Below, piece by piece: positions 19,280 to 30,274 of a stretch of DNA of 64,000 bases (the stretch's first letter is position 1; each line of letters begins with the position of its first letter). The notes below the pieces were generated by a model that saw nothing but the letters and a program-made list of their open reading frames with translations, was not told the DNA's origin and ran no database searches. The position numbers and the translations under genes are program-made. Source of the stretch: Candidatus Obscuribacterales bacterium (GTDB taxonomy: Bacteria; Cyanobacteriota; Vampirovibrionia; Obscuribacterales; Obscuribacteraceae); assembly GCA_965228855.1 (NCBI GenBank), contig CBDDIJ010000002.1, positions 928,001-992,000 on the forward strand, given 5' to 3'.

Positions 19280-19434
19280 GCTTGTGTCTGCGTGGCGTAG
19301 ACAGATTTTCGAGATTTCGTCGCTCTGGCGTAGCCAAACCCCGCTTTTGAGCTATTCGCCGGCGGGGCGAATCAACGAAAACTGCCGCAACGCCGACGGT
19401 TTGGGTTTATTGGGGTCACGTCGGCATATAGTAG
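19280..19434. repeat. Degenerate partial copy of the dispersed repeat
   Basis: GTCTGCGTGGCGTAGACAGATTTTCGAGATTTCGTC core, ending in TATAGTAG (19427-19434). Confidence 0.5.
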
Positions 19435-19448
19435 GTGGAGTTGAAGGG

Positions 19449-19481
19449 GAAACACCGGAGCGGCTTGGGCTCCGGTGTTTC
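19449..19481 (-). terminator. Terminator-like hairpin after citrate synthase
   Basis: 13-bp perfect stem GAAACACCGGAGC/GCTCCGGTGTTTC. Confidence 0.6.
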
Positions 19482-19489
19482 TGACGGGA

Positions 19490-20632
19490 TTAAACGAGGG
19501 GCTGAGCAGCGGCGCCGCTGTAGTGGGACAGCGGGCGGAACAGTTTGTTGTCCTTCAGCTGTTCGCGGATGTGCTCGCTCCAGCCGATGATGCGGCTCGT
19601 GCAGAAGGTCGAGCTGTAGAGTTCACGCGGGATGCCGGCGTGCTCGAGAGCGACGGCGGTCCAGAACTCCACGTTGACGCGCAGGGCGCGGACCGGCGTT
19701 CCGACGGCGGCCTTCGCCTTCTGGTGGGCGTCGAGAGCCGACAGCACTTCGTGCTCGACGGCGCGAGCCAGCTCGATGCGCGGGCCCTTCTGCTTCTCGG
19801 CGACGCGCTTCAGCGTGAGCGCGCGCGGATCATCCGTGCGGTAGACGCGATGTCCGAAGCCCATGATGCGGCGCTTGGCGGTGAGCTGATCCTTGACCCA
19901 GTCCTTGGCCTTATCGACCGAGCCGATCGAGTCGAGCATGTCGAGAACCGGACCCGGAGCGCCGCCGTGCAGCGGACCGGACAGCGTGCCGATCGCCGCG
20001 GTGATGGCCGCGCCGACGTCGGCACCGGTCGAGGCGCAGACGCGGCCGGCGAAGGTCGAAGCGTTGAGACCGTGGTCCATGGTGAGGATCAGATAGGTCT
20101 CGACCGCCTGACGCGCTTCCTTCTTGGGCTTGTGACCGAGGATGCCCCAGAGGTAGCGCTCGGCGTAACCGAGGTTGTTGCGCTTCTTGAGCGGCGCCTT
20201 GCCGGTGTGGATCACCTCGACGATGGCGGGAGCGAGCGCGGAGAGCGCAAGCAGCTCCTCCTCGACTTCGGCTACGTCACGGTTGAGCCACGGTTTGTAG
20301 CCGCGCTGCGAGGCGATCGCGGAGAGAATGCTGCGGAAAGCCGAGAGCGGCTCGCCGGCGCGCAGTCCTTTCATGATGCGGATTTCCTGCGCGTTCGGGC
20401 GGCCGAGCTTCTCGACTTTGGCCTTGAACGCGTCGAGTTCCGCGTCGGTCGGCAGGCGGTTGTAGTGCAGCAGGAACCAGACTTCTTCGATGGTCTTCTT
20501 CTCGGCGAGGTCGACGGCGTTGTAGCCAGCGAAGGTGAGCTTGCCGTTGGTGCCGTCGACGTCGCTCAGCCGAGTCGCACAAGCGATAACGCCTTCGAGA
20601 CCGGCGGCAAACGATGGTGCGGGAGTGTTCAT
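19490..20632 (-). CDS. Citrate synthase / methylcitrate synthase (short dimeric type)
   Basis: GLEGV, DHGLNASTF, GPLHGGA, IMGFGHRVY..DPR, NVEFW. Start placed at MNTPA (20632). Confidence 0.93.
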   Translation of the reverse strand: MNTPAPSFAAGLEGVIACATRLSDVDGTNGKLTFAGYNAVDLAEKKTIEEVWFLLHYNRLPTDAELDAFKAKVEKLGRPNAQEIRIMKGLRAGEPLSAFRSILSAIASQRGYKPWLNRDVAEVEEELLALSALAPAIVEVIHTGKAPLKKRNNLGYAERYLWGILGHKPKKEARQAVETYLILTMDHGLNASTFAGRVCASTGADVGAAITAAIGTLSGPLHGGAPGPVLDMLDSIGSVDKAKDWVKDQLTAKRRIMGFGHRVYRTDDPRALTLKRVAEKQKGPRIELARAVEHEVLSALDAHQKAKAAVGTPVRALRVNVEFWTAVALEHAGIPRELYSSTFCTSRIIGWSEHIREQLKDNKLFRPLSHYSGAAAQPLV

Positions 20633-20717
20633 GGTGGTTTCCTTATGGGCAGTGTACTGGGATGGACGCAGTAAGAAGGCGCCTGTAAAGCAGACGCCGA
20701 AGCGCATGCCTAAACGC

Positions 20718-20787
20718 GAGCGCTGAAACGTAAGCGCCGTAACTTAAGCGCCGTAACGTAAGCGCTGAAACGTGAGCGCCGGAACGC
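20718..20787. repeat. 14-bp minisatellite, 5 copies
   Basis: gagcgctgaaacgt aagcgccgtaactt aagcgccgtaacgt aagcgctgaaacgt gagcgccggaacgc. Confidence 0.85.
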
Positions 20788-21021
20788 GGGCTCTAAGTTG
20801 AAGTCCGCTTTTCCAGCGGCGGTATAGCGTCGGACCGTTTCCTATACCGCGCGAGGGAAACCGATAATGGCATTCTCTTCGCGGTATGCAAAAACAGCTT
20901 CGTCTATACCGCCGTCGGTATGAGTAGTCGATTGCAATAATAGTAAGTGGTTGACGCTAAGCCTTCGGGGCGGCGTTCAGGGCGTCGGTCTTTGGGGCGT
21001 CGGCGTTCGCGTCGTCGGCGT

Positions 21022-24000
21022 TCAGGGCTTCGGCTGGTCCGCCATCAAGCTGGCGAGCAGCTCGACATTGGAGTGGATATTCTCCGCCGAGGCGTGGAGC
21101 GCCTTGAGCTCGTCGTCGTTGAGCTTGAGGTTGACGATGCGTTCGACACCCTTCTTGCCGAGGATGATGGGAAGCCCGATGAAGACCGGCGGCAGACCGT
21201 GCTTGCCGAGGCTGTGCACTGAGCACGGCACGAGCTTGCGACCGCCCGTGAGAATGGTCTCGACCATCTGCGCGGTAGCCGCACCCGGAGCGTACCAAGC
21301 GCTGCCGGTCTTCAGGTGCTGAACGATTTCCGCGCCGCCGTTGCGCGTGCGATCGCTCATCTCGGCGATGCGCTTGGCGGAAATCAGCTCGGTGACAGGC
21401 ACGCCGTTGACCGTGCTGAAGCGAGGCATCGGCACCATCAGGTCGCCGTGTCCGCCGAGCACCATGGCGCGAACGTCATCGCTCGCCACATCGAGTTCTT
21501 CTGCGATGAACGACTGGAAGCGCGCACTGTCGAGCACGCCGGCCATGCCGATCACCTTGCGGGCGGCGACGCCGGTCACCTTCCAGACGAGGTACGCCAT
21601 GACGTCGAGCGGGTTGGAGACGACCACGAAAGTCGCGCGCGGCGACATCTTATGGCTCTCGCGTGCAGCGGTTCCGACAATCGAGGCGTTGATCTTGAGC
21701 AGGTCGTCGCGCGTCATGCCCGGCTTGCGGGGGCTGCCGGCGCAGATGACGACCACATCGGAGTTCTTGGTGTCGGCGTAATCGGAGGTGCCGGTGATGC
21801 GCACCGAGCCGCCGTTGAGCGCGACTGCCTGGGAGAGGTCGAGTGCCTTGCCCTTGGCGACGCCCTCGTTGATGTCGAGGAGGACGATGTCCGCGGCGTT
21901 GTGCAGCGCGAGCATTTGACCGACCGTGGCGCCGACGTTGCCGCCGCCGCCGATGATGGATACCTTCTTCATGGAGGATCTCTTCGTGGTTGAGCGCCGT
22001 TTCGGGCGCGAGGCTGCAGGAGCTTTTGTCGGGGAGGAACCGTTTGCGCTGTCACCGCTGGTGGTGGCGGCGGGTTTGGCGTCGCTTGTGGTTTCACCGC
22101 CGGTGGTGGTCTGTGCGGCAGGCGCCGTTCCGTTCGCGTCGGCAGGCGCGGTCTCACTCGCGCAGGCTTTCGCTGTTTCATTCGCGGTCGAAACCGACTT
22201 CGCTGCCTGCTCGGCTTTCCGACGTTCGTGCACGAGATTGAGAGCGGAACCGGCTTTGAACCAGCCGATTTGCTCTTCGGTCATCGTGTGTTTCGCTTCC
22301 AGGCGATCGACCGTGCCGTCTTCGTGAGTGACGGAAACGTCGACCAGCTTGCCGGGAGCGAGTTCCGAGAGTCCTTCGATCGACACGCGATCCCTGTCGC
22401 GAATCAGGTCGTAGTCGGACGAGTTCTTGAACGTGAGCGCGAGAACGCCCTGCTGTTTCAGGTTCGTCTCGTGAATGCGAGCGAAACTGCGGGCGATGAC
22501 CGCGCGGCAGCCGAGATGGCGGGGCGACATCGCCGCGTGTTCGCGACTGGAGCCTTCGCCGTAGTTCAGATCTCCGATTGCCACCCAGCTGACGTTGCTC
22601 GCCTTGTAGGCGCGCGCCAGCGTAGCGAGGCGCATGGTCTCGCCGGTCAGGACATTGAGACCTTCGCCGGGCTTGGCAGAGAAAGCGTTGTTCGCGCCAA
22701 GGAACATGTTCTCGCTGATGCGGTCGAGGTGTCCCCGGTATTTCAGCCACGGGCCGGCAGGCGAGATGTGGTCGGTCGTGCATTTGCCGGCTGCTTTGAG
22801 CAGCACCGGCATCCCCGAGAAGTCCTTGCCGTCCCACTTGGCGAAGGGGAGGAGAACCTCGAGGCGCTGCGAGTCCGGCTTGATGGCGACCTCTATGGTC
22901 TCGCCGGTGGTGGCGCGATTGGCGCGTTCGGTTTCAGCATCGAGATAACCGAAGTCGACCTCGCTGAAGCCCTTGGCCGGAAGCCCGCCCTGTCCCGGTG
23001 GCTCGAGCATGAATTTCGTGCCGTCAGGCGCCTCCAGGGTGTCCGTGAGGGGGTTGAAATCCAGGCTGCCCTTGAGCGCGAAGGCGGTGACGATTTCCGG
23101 GCTTGCGATGAACGCGAGCGTTTCCGGGTTGCCGTCGTTGCGGCGCGGGAAGTTGCGGTTGAAGGACGTGATGATCGAGTTGGCGTCGCCTTCCTTGATG
23201 TCATCGCGCTTCCACTGCCCGATGCACGGACCGCAGGCGTTGGCCAGAACATTGGCGCCGACACTTTCCAGGTCCTTGAGCTGACCGTCGCGGGTGATGG
23301 TTTCATGCACCTGGATTGAGCCAGGCGTTACCATGAAACCGACCGCAGTCTTGATGCCCTTCTCGGCCGCCTGCCGCGCCACATCCGCCGCGCGAGTCAT
23401 GTCCTGGTAGCTGGAGTTGGTGCAGCTGCCAATCAGAGCGTAGCGCAGAGCGCTCGGGTAGCCCTTCGCAGCGACTTCAGCTTTGAACTGCGAGATCGGT
23501 CGCGCCAGGTCCGGCGTGTGCGGACCGACGATATGCGGTTCCAGCGTGGAAAGATCGATTTCGATGACCCGGTCGAAGAACTTGTGCGGGTCGGCTTCGA
23601 CCTCCGGATCGGCAGTGAGGAAGCGCTCGTTCGCCTTGGCGAGGGCGCCGATCTGCTCGCGTCCGGTGAGTGCCAGATATTCGAGGATGTGGTCGTCGAG
23701 TGGGAAAACGGAGGTCGTCGCGCCGAGTTCCGCGCCCATATTCGTGATGGTCGCCTTGCCGGTCGCGCTGATGGAGCGCGTTCCTTCGCCGAAGTATTCG
23801 ACGATGGAACCGGTGCCGCCATCGACCGTGAGGATGCCGGCGAGCTTGAGAATGATGTCCTTGGGCGCGGCCCAGCCGTTGAGCTTGCCGGTCAGTTTCA
23901 CACCAATCAGCTTCGGCCAGCGCAGTCCCCAGGGTTCGCCCGCCATGGTGAAGGTCGCGTCTGCGCCGCCCACGCCGATGGCGAGCATGCCGAGACCGCC

Positions 24001-24510
24001 GGCGTTGGGCGTGTGCGAGTCGGTGCCGATGAGCAGGCTGCCCGGGAAGGCGTAGTTCTCCAGCACCACCTGATGGATGATGCCCGAACCGGGCTTCCAG
24101 AAACCGACACCGTATTTGGTGCTGGCCGTGCGCAGGAAGTCATAGACTTCCGAGTTGGTATCGAGCGCGTTGAGTAGATCCAGTTTCGCTCCGACGCGCG
24201 CCTGGATCAGGTGATCGCAGTGGACGGTGGAGGGAACGAAAACCTTGTCGAGATTCGCTTGCATAAACTGCAACAGCGCCATCTGCGCCGTCGCGTCCTG
24301 CATGGCGACTCGGTCAGGTCGAAGGAAAACGTAGGAACTGCCGCGTGTCGGGAAGGTTTCGCCCTCGTTCCATCGGTCGAGGTGCGCGGAGAGAATCTTC
24401 TCGGCGAGCGTCAGGGGGCGCTCGGCGCGTCCGCGTGCGACGCGATATTTTTCGGGCAGAGAATCGTAGAGAGGCGTGACTTCCGCCAGAGTAGTTTGTC
24501 GTTTCGTCAT
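21022..24510 (-). CDS. Aconitate hydratase (mitochondrial-like type) fused in frame to malate dehydrogenase
   Basis: Aconitase motifs [30 protein letters not shown] and [10 protein letters not shown]; an Ala/Thr/Pro linker; then MDH from 21972: [37 protein letters not shown]. Confidence 0.9.
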   Translation of the reverse strand: MTKRQTTLAEVTPLYDSLPEKYRVARGRAERPLTLAEKILSAHLDRWNEGETFPTRGSSYVFLRPDRVAMQDATAQMALLQFMQANLDKVFVPSTVHCDHLIQARVGAKLDLLNALDTNSEVYDFLRTASTKYGVGFWKPGSGIIHQVVLENYAFPGSLLIGTDSHTPNAGGLGMLAIGVGGADATFTMAGEPWGLRWPKLIGVKLTGKLNGWAAPKDIILKLAGILTVDGGTGSIVEYFGEGTRSISATGKATITNMGAELGATTSVFPLDDHILEYLALTGREQIGALAKANERFLTADPEVEADPHKFFDRVIEIDLSTLEPHIVGPHTPDLARPISQFKAEVAAKGYPSALRYALIGSCTNSSYQDMTRAADVARQAAEKGIKTAVGFMVTPGSIQVHETITRDGQLKDLESVGANVLANACGPCIGQWKRDDIKEGDANSIITSFNRNFPRRNDGNPETLAFIASPEIVTAFALKGSLDFNPLTDTLEAPDGTKFMLEPPGQGGLPAKGFSEVDFGYLDAETERANRATTGETIEVAIKPDSQRLEVLLPFAKWDGKDFSGMPVLLKAAGKCTTDHISPAGPWLKYRGHLDRISENMFLGANNAFSAKPGEGLNVLTGETMRLATLARAYKASNVSWVAIGDLNYGEGSSREHAAMSPRHLGCRAVIARSFARIHETNLKQQGVLALTFKNSSDYDLIRDRDRVSIEGLSELAPGKLVDVSVTHEDGTVDRLEAKHTMTEEQIGWFKAGSALNLVHERRKAEQAAKSVSTANETAKACASETAPADANGTAPAAQTTTGGETTSDAKPAATTSGDSANGSSPTKAPAASRPKRRSTTKRSSMKKVSIIGGGGNVGATVGQMLALHNAADIVLLDINEGVAKGKALDLSQAVALNGGSVRITGTSDYADTKNSDVVVICAGSPRKPGMTRDDLLKINASIVGTAARESHKMSPRATFVVVSNPLDVMAYLVWKVTGVAARKVIGMAGVLDSARFQSFIAEELDVASDDVRAMVLGGHGDLMVPMPRFSTVNGVPVTELISAKRIAEMSDRTRNGGAEIVQHLKTGSAWYAPGAATAQMVETILTGGRKLVPCSVHSLGKHGLPPVFIGLPIILGKKGVERIVNLKLNDDELKALHASAENIHSNVELLASLMADQPKP

Positions 24511-25127
24511 ATGTGTCACCAACTCCAGTGAGGATGCTGTTTAAAGAAAAACAGCCACAGTTGTTCCGCCGAATCTTCTCCGCGCGCTATCGAAGCGCAT
24601 CTAGGGAAAGGTTCTCGATGGGAAACAACTCTGGTGAGTTAAAGAGCCAAGGTCTGGAATAAACGATGTATGCAGAATGTTTCTAGCTTATAAACAGGTG
24701 TGATTTGAGCTTTAATCATGAACACAAGATGAAGACTTGGATAAACGTTTACTGACCCTTGAAAAGTGGCGACCGGCGCGGCTCTTGCCTGCTCTGCAAT
24801 TCGAGGTTGCCAGTTGGAATTTAGGGTCAAGCTAGCGCGGCGTGCGCAAGAAGCCAGTTGGCTAACAATGTATATGCGAACGAAACCGCTTGGCAGGTGC
24901 AACTTATTGATTGATCGATTGACCTGATTGGTGCCAGTCGAAACTTGAACAAACGGATTTTTAGACGGATTGAGTTTGTCACAAACCGCTGATATCGGTT
25001 TGGTTAGATATTCACACGCAGCACACACCAATCGAATGTCACCCGAGCGGACTTGCCGAATATGGCTTCCAGTGCGGTGTACGCCGACGTCAGGTACGGG
25101 CACTCGATGATTCAGGAGGTCACTCAG

Positions 25128-25700
25128 ATGACAGCACGGATGGAGCAGTTAGAGCCAACGCAAGCCGCAGCCGCTCCGAGTCAACCGTTCGAGGCATCCT
25201 CTCCTTCGTTGAATGAAGTCAAAACGGCCACTGCGGGGGCCACGGATAGGGCTCAAAGCACTATCGATAGGACTTTTGGAACTCCTGAGATTCAGAACGA
25301 GAACATGGGCGCCGGTCTCGGTTCAAAAAACAGCTCCGAGCGTCCTATGCTCGATCCGGATCAGCTCATGGGTGCTTCGGAAGTCGGACGCCTCGGCGAC
25401 ACGCTTGCCAGGCAAGGTGTTGACACAAACGATGACAAAGCGGTCAAGGATTACATGGAAAAATCGTACGATCAATACATCGAAAAGGGGCTCCGGCTCT
25501 CGGGTGTGGACTTGCCAAAGAATCCGACCGCAGAAGATCTCGGCAAAGCGTTGATTGATAAAGTGAAGGGTGCTCAAAACCATGACTTGAAAGCGGCTCT
25601 GGAAGACAATCCGGCTGAAGGCTACAAGTCGATGCGCGGTGTTTATATTGACGCGCAGATGCAGGCGTTGAGCAACGAACGGGCTCGTAAAGGGCATTAG
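25128..25700 (+). CDS. Hypothetical protein
   Basis: ATG behind AGGAGG; disordered N-terminus and helical C-terminus. Confidence 0.65.
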   Translation: MTARMEQLEPTQAAAAPSQPFEASSPSLNEVKTATAGATDRAQSTIDRTFGTPEIQNENMGAGLGSKNSSERPMLDPDQLMGASEVGRLGDTLARQGVDTNDDKAVKDYMEKSYDQYIEKGLRLSGVDLPKNPTAEDLGKALIDKVKGAQNHDLKAALEDNPAEGYKSMRGVYIDAQMQALSNERARKGH

Positions 25701-25764
25701 ATAAAGGTTTTTACAGCGAGTGAGTGAGCTGGATGTGCGATTAGCACATCCAGTTTCTCCATAT

Positions 25765-26292
25765 TTACTACTATAGAAGATGGTGGTCTGTGAAATCCCT
25801 ATGAGCAGATAAGGCATGGTATTCCGGAATTCGCCAGAGGGCGGACTTTGCCAAAATTACTACTATAGAAGATGGGGTCGGTAAAATCCCCAAGTGCAGA
25901 CAAGGTAGGGTATTCCGGGATTTGCCAAAGGGCGACTTGTGTCAAAAGGAGTGTGTTGTCTTCGTGGGAATGCCGGATTCTCGGAAATCCGTCATTGTGG
26001 CATAGACAAACGGAGGCAGGGGTGGATGTTTAAGGGGCGAGAAGTCAGGTAGGCTCATGGTTCGCGGGATTTTGTTGACACTGTCTGATATAGTAGAAAT
26101 GTTTCCTTCGGGATTTGCCAGAGGGCGACCTCTGTCCAAAGGAGCGTGTTGTCTTCGTGGGAATGCCGGATTTTCGGAAATCCGTCATCCTGGCATAGAC
26201 AAACGGAGGCAGGGGTGGATGTTGAAGTGGTGAAAAGCCAGCGGAGTTCGGCGGTCGCTGGATTTTGTGTAAACTATCTGGTATAGTAGAAA
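25765..26292. repeat. Compound array of the dispersed repeat (about 92-bp and about 193-bp duplications)
   Basis: CTACTATAGAAGATGG at 25768 and 25860; TATAGTAGAAA at 26089 and 26282; duplicated core CGGAAATCCGTCAT..TGGCATAGACAAACGGAGGCAGGGGTGGATGTT. Confidence 0.9.
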
Positions 26293-26419
26293 GGTTTTTA
26301 GGCACAAGGCACCAGGAGGGAGCCAGGGGATGGGACCCTGGGCTCACTTTCGAGGTGCGATGTGGTTTCGTTAGCTAGCCTGGGACTTATCGTCCGAGGC
26401 CGGGGCTAACGAGGGGCGC

Positions 26420-27517
26420 TTACTTCAGCCCTTTGCGGGTGAGCGACACGCGGCCGCGTTCGCGGTCGATGCTGTTCACCTGGACTTCGATGTTCTGACC
26501 GGAGGTCAGAGTCTCGCGGCGTCCGTTTTCGGAGCCGTAGTCCGCGATGTGCAGCAAGCCGTCGATGCAGTTGCCGATGCTCACGAAGGCGCCGTAGTTT
26601 TCGAAGCGAGCCACCACACCCGTGATGACATCACCCTCCTTCAACGTGCGCAGGAACTCATCCTGACGAGCGGCGCGAATGCTGAGCGACACCTGGCTCT
26701 TCGCCAAGTTAATCGACACGACTTTCACGTTCACTTCGTCACCGGAGCGGAAGAGCTTGGACGGTTCAGCGTTGCGGTCGCCGCTGACTTCGGTGCGATA
26801 GACGAGACCGGTGAGACCACCGCCAACGTCCACAAGCACACCAGCGTCAATGACTTTGACCACGGTGCCGGGAAGGACATCGTCCTTCTTCACTTCCGCC
26901 AGGCGTTCATCGCGCTGCTTCGCGAGGGCGCGAGTCTGGCTGAGGATGACTTCACCGCCGCGACCTTTGTTGGAGTCGGCGCTGAGAATCACCACGGAGA
27001 TTTCCTTGCCGGCCAGGTCATCGAGACGACCGTGCTGCTGGGTTTCGCTGCGAGGGATAAAGCAGCGGGTTTCTTCGAAGTAAGCGATCAGACCGCCAAC
27101 CGAGTCCTTGGCTCGCGAACGAACCACGGCGCGCTTGGGATCGCGATGCACCTGAGCCGTCACGATGGTTCCGTCCTCCTGAAGTTTGGAGAACTTTTCC
27201 CACTTAGCGGCCTGGCGATAGGACAGCTGGTTTTCTTCGTCGGCTTCGGTGTCGTCAAGGACATAGAAGTTGTACGTCTGACCGACCACGAGTTCCCCCG
27301 GGGCGGCGTCGCGCACAAAACTGTCGCTCTTTGCTCCGGTGCTGACGAGATAACCTCCTTTCACGGAGGCGACCACTTCACCTTTGATGATCGCTTTGCG
27401 GGCCAGAGCGGCGGGCATTTCGTACTGTGCCATCAGTTCAGCCATGCTGAAGCCGGTGGACGATTGAGAGTTGTCGCCGTCGAAGGCGAAGTCGCGGAAT
27501 TGATTTGTCTGTTTCAT
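26420..27517 (-). CDS. Ribosomal protein S1-like multi-S1-domain protein
   Basis: About four S1 repeats, e.g. GTVVKVIDAGVLVDVGG.LTGLV and GVVARFENYGAFVSIG.IDGLLHI..., RVSLTRK. Confidence 0.85.
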   Translation of the reverse strand: MKQTNQFRDFAFDGDNSQSSTGFSMAELMAQYEMPAALARKAIIKGEVVASVKGGYLVSTGAKSDSFVRDAAPGELVVGQTYNFYVLDDTEADEENQLSYRQAAKWEKFSKLQEDGTIVTAQVHRDPKRAVVRSRAKDSVGGLIAYFEETRCFIPRSETQQHGRLDDLAGKEISVVILSADSNKGRGGEVILSQTRALAKQRDERLAEVKKDDVLPGTVVKVIDAGVLVDVGGGLTGLVYRTEVSGDRNAEPSKLFRSGDEVNVKVVSINLAKSQVSLSIRAARQDEFLRTLKEGDVITGVVARFENYGAFVSIGNCIDGLLHIADYGSENGRRETLTSGQNIEVQVNSIDRERGRVSLTRKGLK

Positions 27518-28266
27518 AACTGCAAAGTTTGCTCCTTTTCGGAATTTTTGGTTTGTGTTGTTTAAAAAAGAACCGTTGCAACCCGTTCCAACACGCCGCT
27601 CGGCACGAAGCGAAACCTCCCCAAGTCGTCGGGATGACTACTTGAGGAGGCTAAAACTTTCGTTTGAACTAACTACAGTTGTGTGTTTCGAACCAGTGCG
27701 GTGAAGTTGTAAAGGTGTAAGCCGACCCTACATTGCGCGCCATATCGAAAGCAACGAAATTTGAAGCAAAATGCGACTTTCGAACCCCATCGGAGGTTAG
27801 CGCGACGGACCTCGGTATTCGAGAAACTCGGCATTCCGTCAATATCGTTAGCTGCGATAGGTAATGAAATTGCCACGGGGGTGGCGTTTTCGGTTTTTAA
27901 TCAAAAACAGTTGCAATCGATGAAAGATTAGACGGAGCGCCAGTTTCGCTAGTCTCTAATCTTCAGCGCAACAATTATTGGAGAAGCTGCTTAACAATTG
28001 AATCTGAGGGCTGGCACTCACCGTGGTGAAATTCTGTCCTTATTTTCGTTCCGTTAATAGGGGAACTATTCGTCGGGTCGCAGGGACTTCTTGCGAAGGT
28101 AGTATCGGTAAGGGGTCGCGGTTTATTAGCCCAGGTTGCGAGTTTAAAAATGCCGTTTCACGGTTGCATAACCAACGATTTCATTGGCTTTCGGGTCGAG
28201 GATGATGTCCCCTGTCAGGTGACACGATATAAGAGTTGCCGCAAAGACCTGTAAGCCGAAACCATT

Positions 28267-28272
28267 TATAAT
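28267..28272 (+). promoter_or_regulatory. -10 box of the rnpB promoter
   Basis: Perfect TATAAT a few bases before the P1 helix. Confidence 0.65.
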
Positions 28273-28276
28273 TTCG

Positions 28277-28622
28277 GTTGAAGCAATGCGGATCGTCGCG
28301 TCCGAGAGGATGAGGAAAGTCCGGGCACCACAGGGCTGGTTGCTGGGTAACGCCCAGTGCGCGTGAGCGTGAGGATAGTGCCACAGAAATGAAGACCGCC
28401 AGGCTTGCCTGGTAAGGGTGCAACGGTGCGGTAAGAGCGTCACCAGCAAAGTCGAGAGGCTTTGGCTAGGTAAACCCCGCTGAAGGTGCAAGGCTAAGGT
28501 ATAGCTCGAGAGAACGGCGGCCCGTCGCCTTGAGTTGCCGATGCTGCTAGAGGGTTCAGGAAACTGGGCTCCAAGAGAGATGACGGTCGTAATACAGAAC
28601 CCGGCTTATGCGTTGCTTCAAC
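28277..28622 (+). ncRNA. rnpB: RNase P RNA (type A)
   Basis: GAGGAAAGTCCGGGC, AGTGCCACAGAAA, GGTAAACCCC, ACAGAACCCGGCTTA; P1 pairing GTTGAAGCAATGC/GCGTTGCTTCAAC. Confidence 0.97.
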
Positions 28623-28660
28623 TTTTAAATCTGCGTGTGTGCTCTGCGGCCGCCAGTTCT

Positions 28661-29431
28661 CTAAGGCTGTTTCTTGCCTTTGCTTTGCCACAGACCCGAC
28701 TCTTTCAAGCCGGACTTGCCGCGTGAGGCTTGCTCTGTGGCTTGCGCCGCGACCAGGCGCCAGAGTCCCGAGGCTGTGCCAACGTTGGCGTAGACCTGCT
28801 CGGCTTCTTCTGCGCGGTTTGTCGCGTAAAGCAATGCGGAATAGTTTTCCATTAGCAAGCCGGTTTCGTTGTGGTTGTAGCCAAGAACCTTCTGTTTAAT
28901 TGAAATCGCGCGGTCGTAGAATGTTTCAGCCTTCTCGTAATTGCCCTGACCGTGATAGATGTATGCGAGAAAGGTCGCAATCATCGCCAATCCAAGGTGT
29001 TCGCTGCCGAAGATTTTTTCGTAAATGTCCATGATGCGCTCTGAAAGCGGCTGCGCTTCAGGGAATTTACCCATCGAGTAATAGAGCTCGGCTAAGCTGT
29101 TGAGAGAATTGGCAACTTCGATGTGATCTTTGCCGTTGACGTTTTCGCGAATCATCACCAGGTGCTGGCGAATTGGAATAGCTTGAGCGCGTTTTCCCAG
29201 CTGGCAAAGCGACTCGGCGAGCTGGTCCAACGTCATGGCGACGCGGGGGTCTCGGTCTTCCACGTAGTCCAGTTGCTCCAAAGCCTGCTGCCACAGACCG
29301 GATGCTTTTGCAAAGTTGCCGAGACTGACGGCCTGGTCGGCTTCGAATTTTAGTTTTTCCCAGCTGGAATCCAAAGCTGGATCTCCTGAAACAGCTACGA
29401 GAGCGTAGTAAACAAAATGCCCATAGTTCAA
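28661..29431 (-). CDS. TPR protein (kinesin light chain-like repeats)
   Basis: HIEVANSLNSLAELY...G...EA-type 42-aa repeats; start codon uncertain. Confidence 0.85.
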   Translation of the reverse strand: MNYGHFVYYALVAVSGDPALDSSWEKLKFEADQAVSLGNFAKASGLWQQALEQLDYVEDRDPRVAMTLDQLAESLCQLGKRAQAIPIRQHLVMIRENVNGKDHIEVANSLNSLAELYYSMGKFPEAQPLSERIMDIYEKIFGSEHLGLAMIATFLAYIYHGQGNYEKAETFYDRAISIKQKVLGYNHNETGLLMENYSALLYATNRAEEAEQVYANVGTASGLWRLVAAQATEQASRGKSGLKESGLWQSKGKKQP

Positions 29432-29542
29432 AAATTCCCTAGTTTAAATCAGTTTAATCATTCTTCGAAAGTATTTCATATTAAGTCTTCCGGACGGTTG
29501 TTAGATGCCGATTCTGCATAGATACCGGTATGATGTCCTGTC

Positions 29543-30274
29543 ATGCTTACTTTTAACGTCATTACGCTTTTCCCTGAGCTGATCTCGAACTATGTCGAAA
29601 CCAGCATCATCGGCCGGGGAATCAAAGCCGGCAAGTTGTGTGTGCGGACTTACAATCCTCGCGACTTTACGACGGATAACTACCGAAAGGTCGATGACAC
29701 TCCATATGGTGGCGGGGTCGGAATGGTTTTGAAACCGGAGCCGTTTTTTGCTGCCTTCGAAAGCATTCCGAGAAGCACTGATTCGCCGGTATTGTTGATG
29801 TCTCCGCAAGGTGAGAGGTTCGCGCACTCTAGCGCTAGCAAGCTGAGCGATTCTCTGGAAATCACCATTCTGTGCGGGCACTATGAGGGTTTCGACGAGC
29901 GCATTCGCACGCTGGCGACGCATGAATTTTCTATCGGCGACTATGTTTTAACCGGTGGCGAGCTCGCTTCACTGGTAATCATAGATGCCGTGGGGCGGCT
30001 TGTTCCTGGCGTGGTCGGGAAACATCTTTCTGTGCAAACGGAGTCCTTTAGCGACGGTCTGCTTGAGGGACCGAGTTACACCAAACCAGTGGAGTTTCGC
30101 GGCATGCAGGTTCCCGAGGTCGTGCGCGGCGGGAATCACAAGGCTATTGCAGCCTGGCGACGCCAGGAGGCGCTTAGGCGCACGTTCGAGCGCCGCCCCG
30201 ATCTGCTTGAAACAGCGGAGCTATCGGATGAAGATCGGCGCTATATCAAGTTTCTCAGCGAACAGACGAGCTGA
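29543..30274 (+). CDS. trmD: tRNA (guanine37-N1)-methyltransferase
   Basis: ITLFPE, VDDTPYGGGVGMV, CGHYEGFDER, SIGDYVLTGGE. Confidence 0.97.
   Translation: MLTFNVITLFPELISNYVETSIIGRGIKAGKLCVRTYNPRDFTTDNYRKVDDTPYGGGVGMVLKPEPFFAAFESIPRSTDSPVLLMSPQGERFAHSSASKLSDSLEITILCGHYEGFDERIRTLATHEFSIGDYVLTGGELASLVIIDAVGRLVPGVVGKHLSVQTESFSDGLLEGPSYTKPVEFRGMQVPEVVRGGNHKAIAAWRRQEALRRTFERRPDLLETAELSDEDRRYIKFLSEQTS

Noticed and set aside
28144..28726. Short ORFs over 28.1-28.7 kb
   Set aside because: They overlap the RNase P RNA gene.
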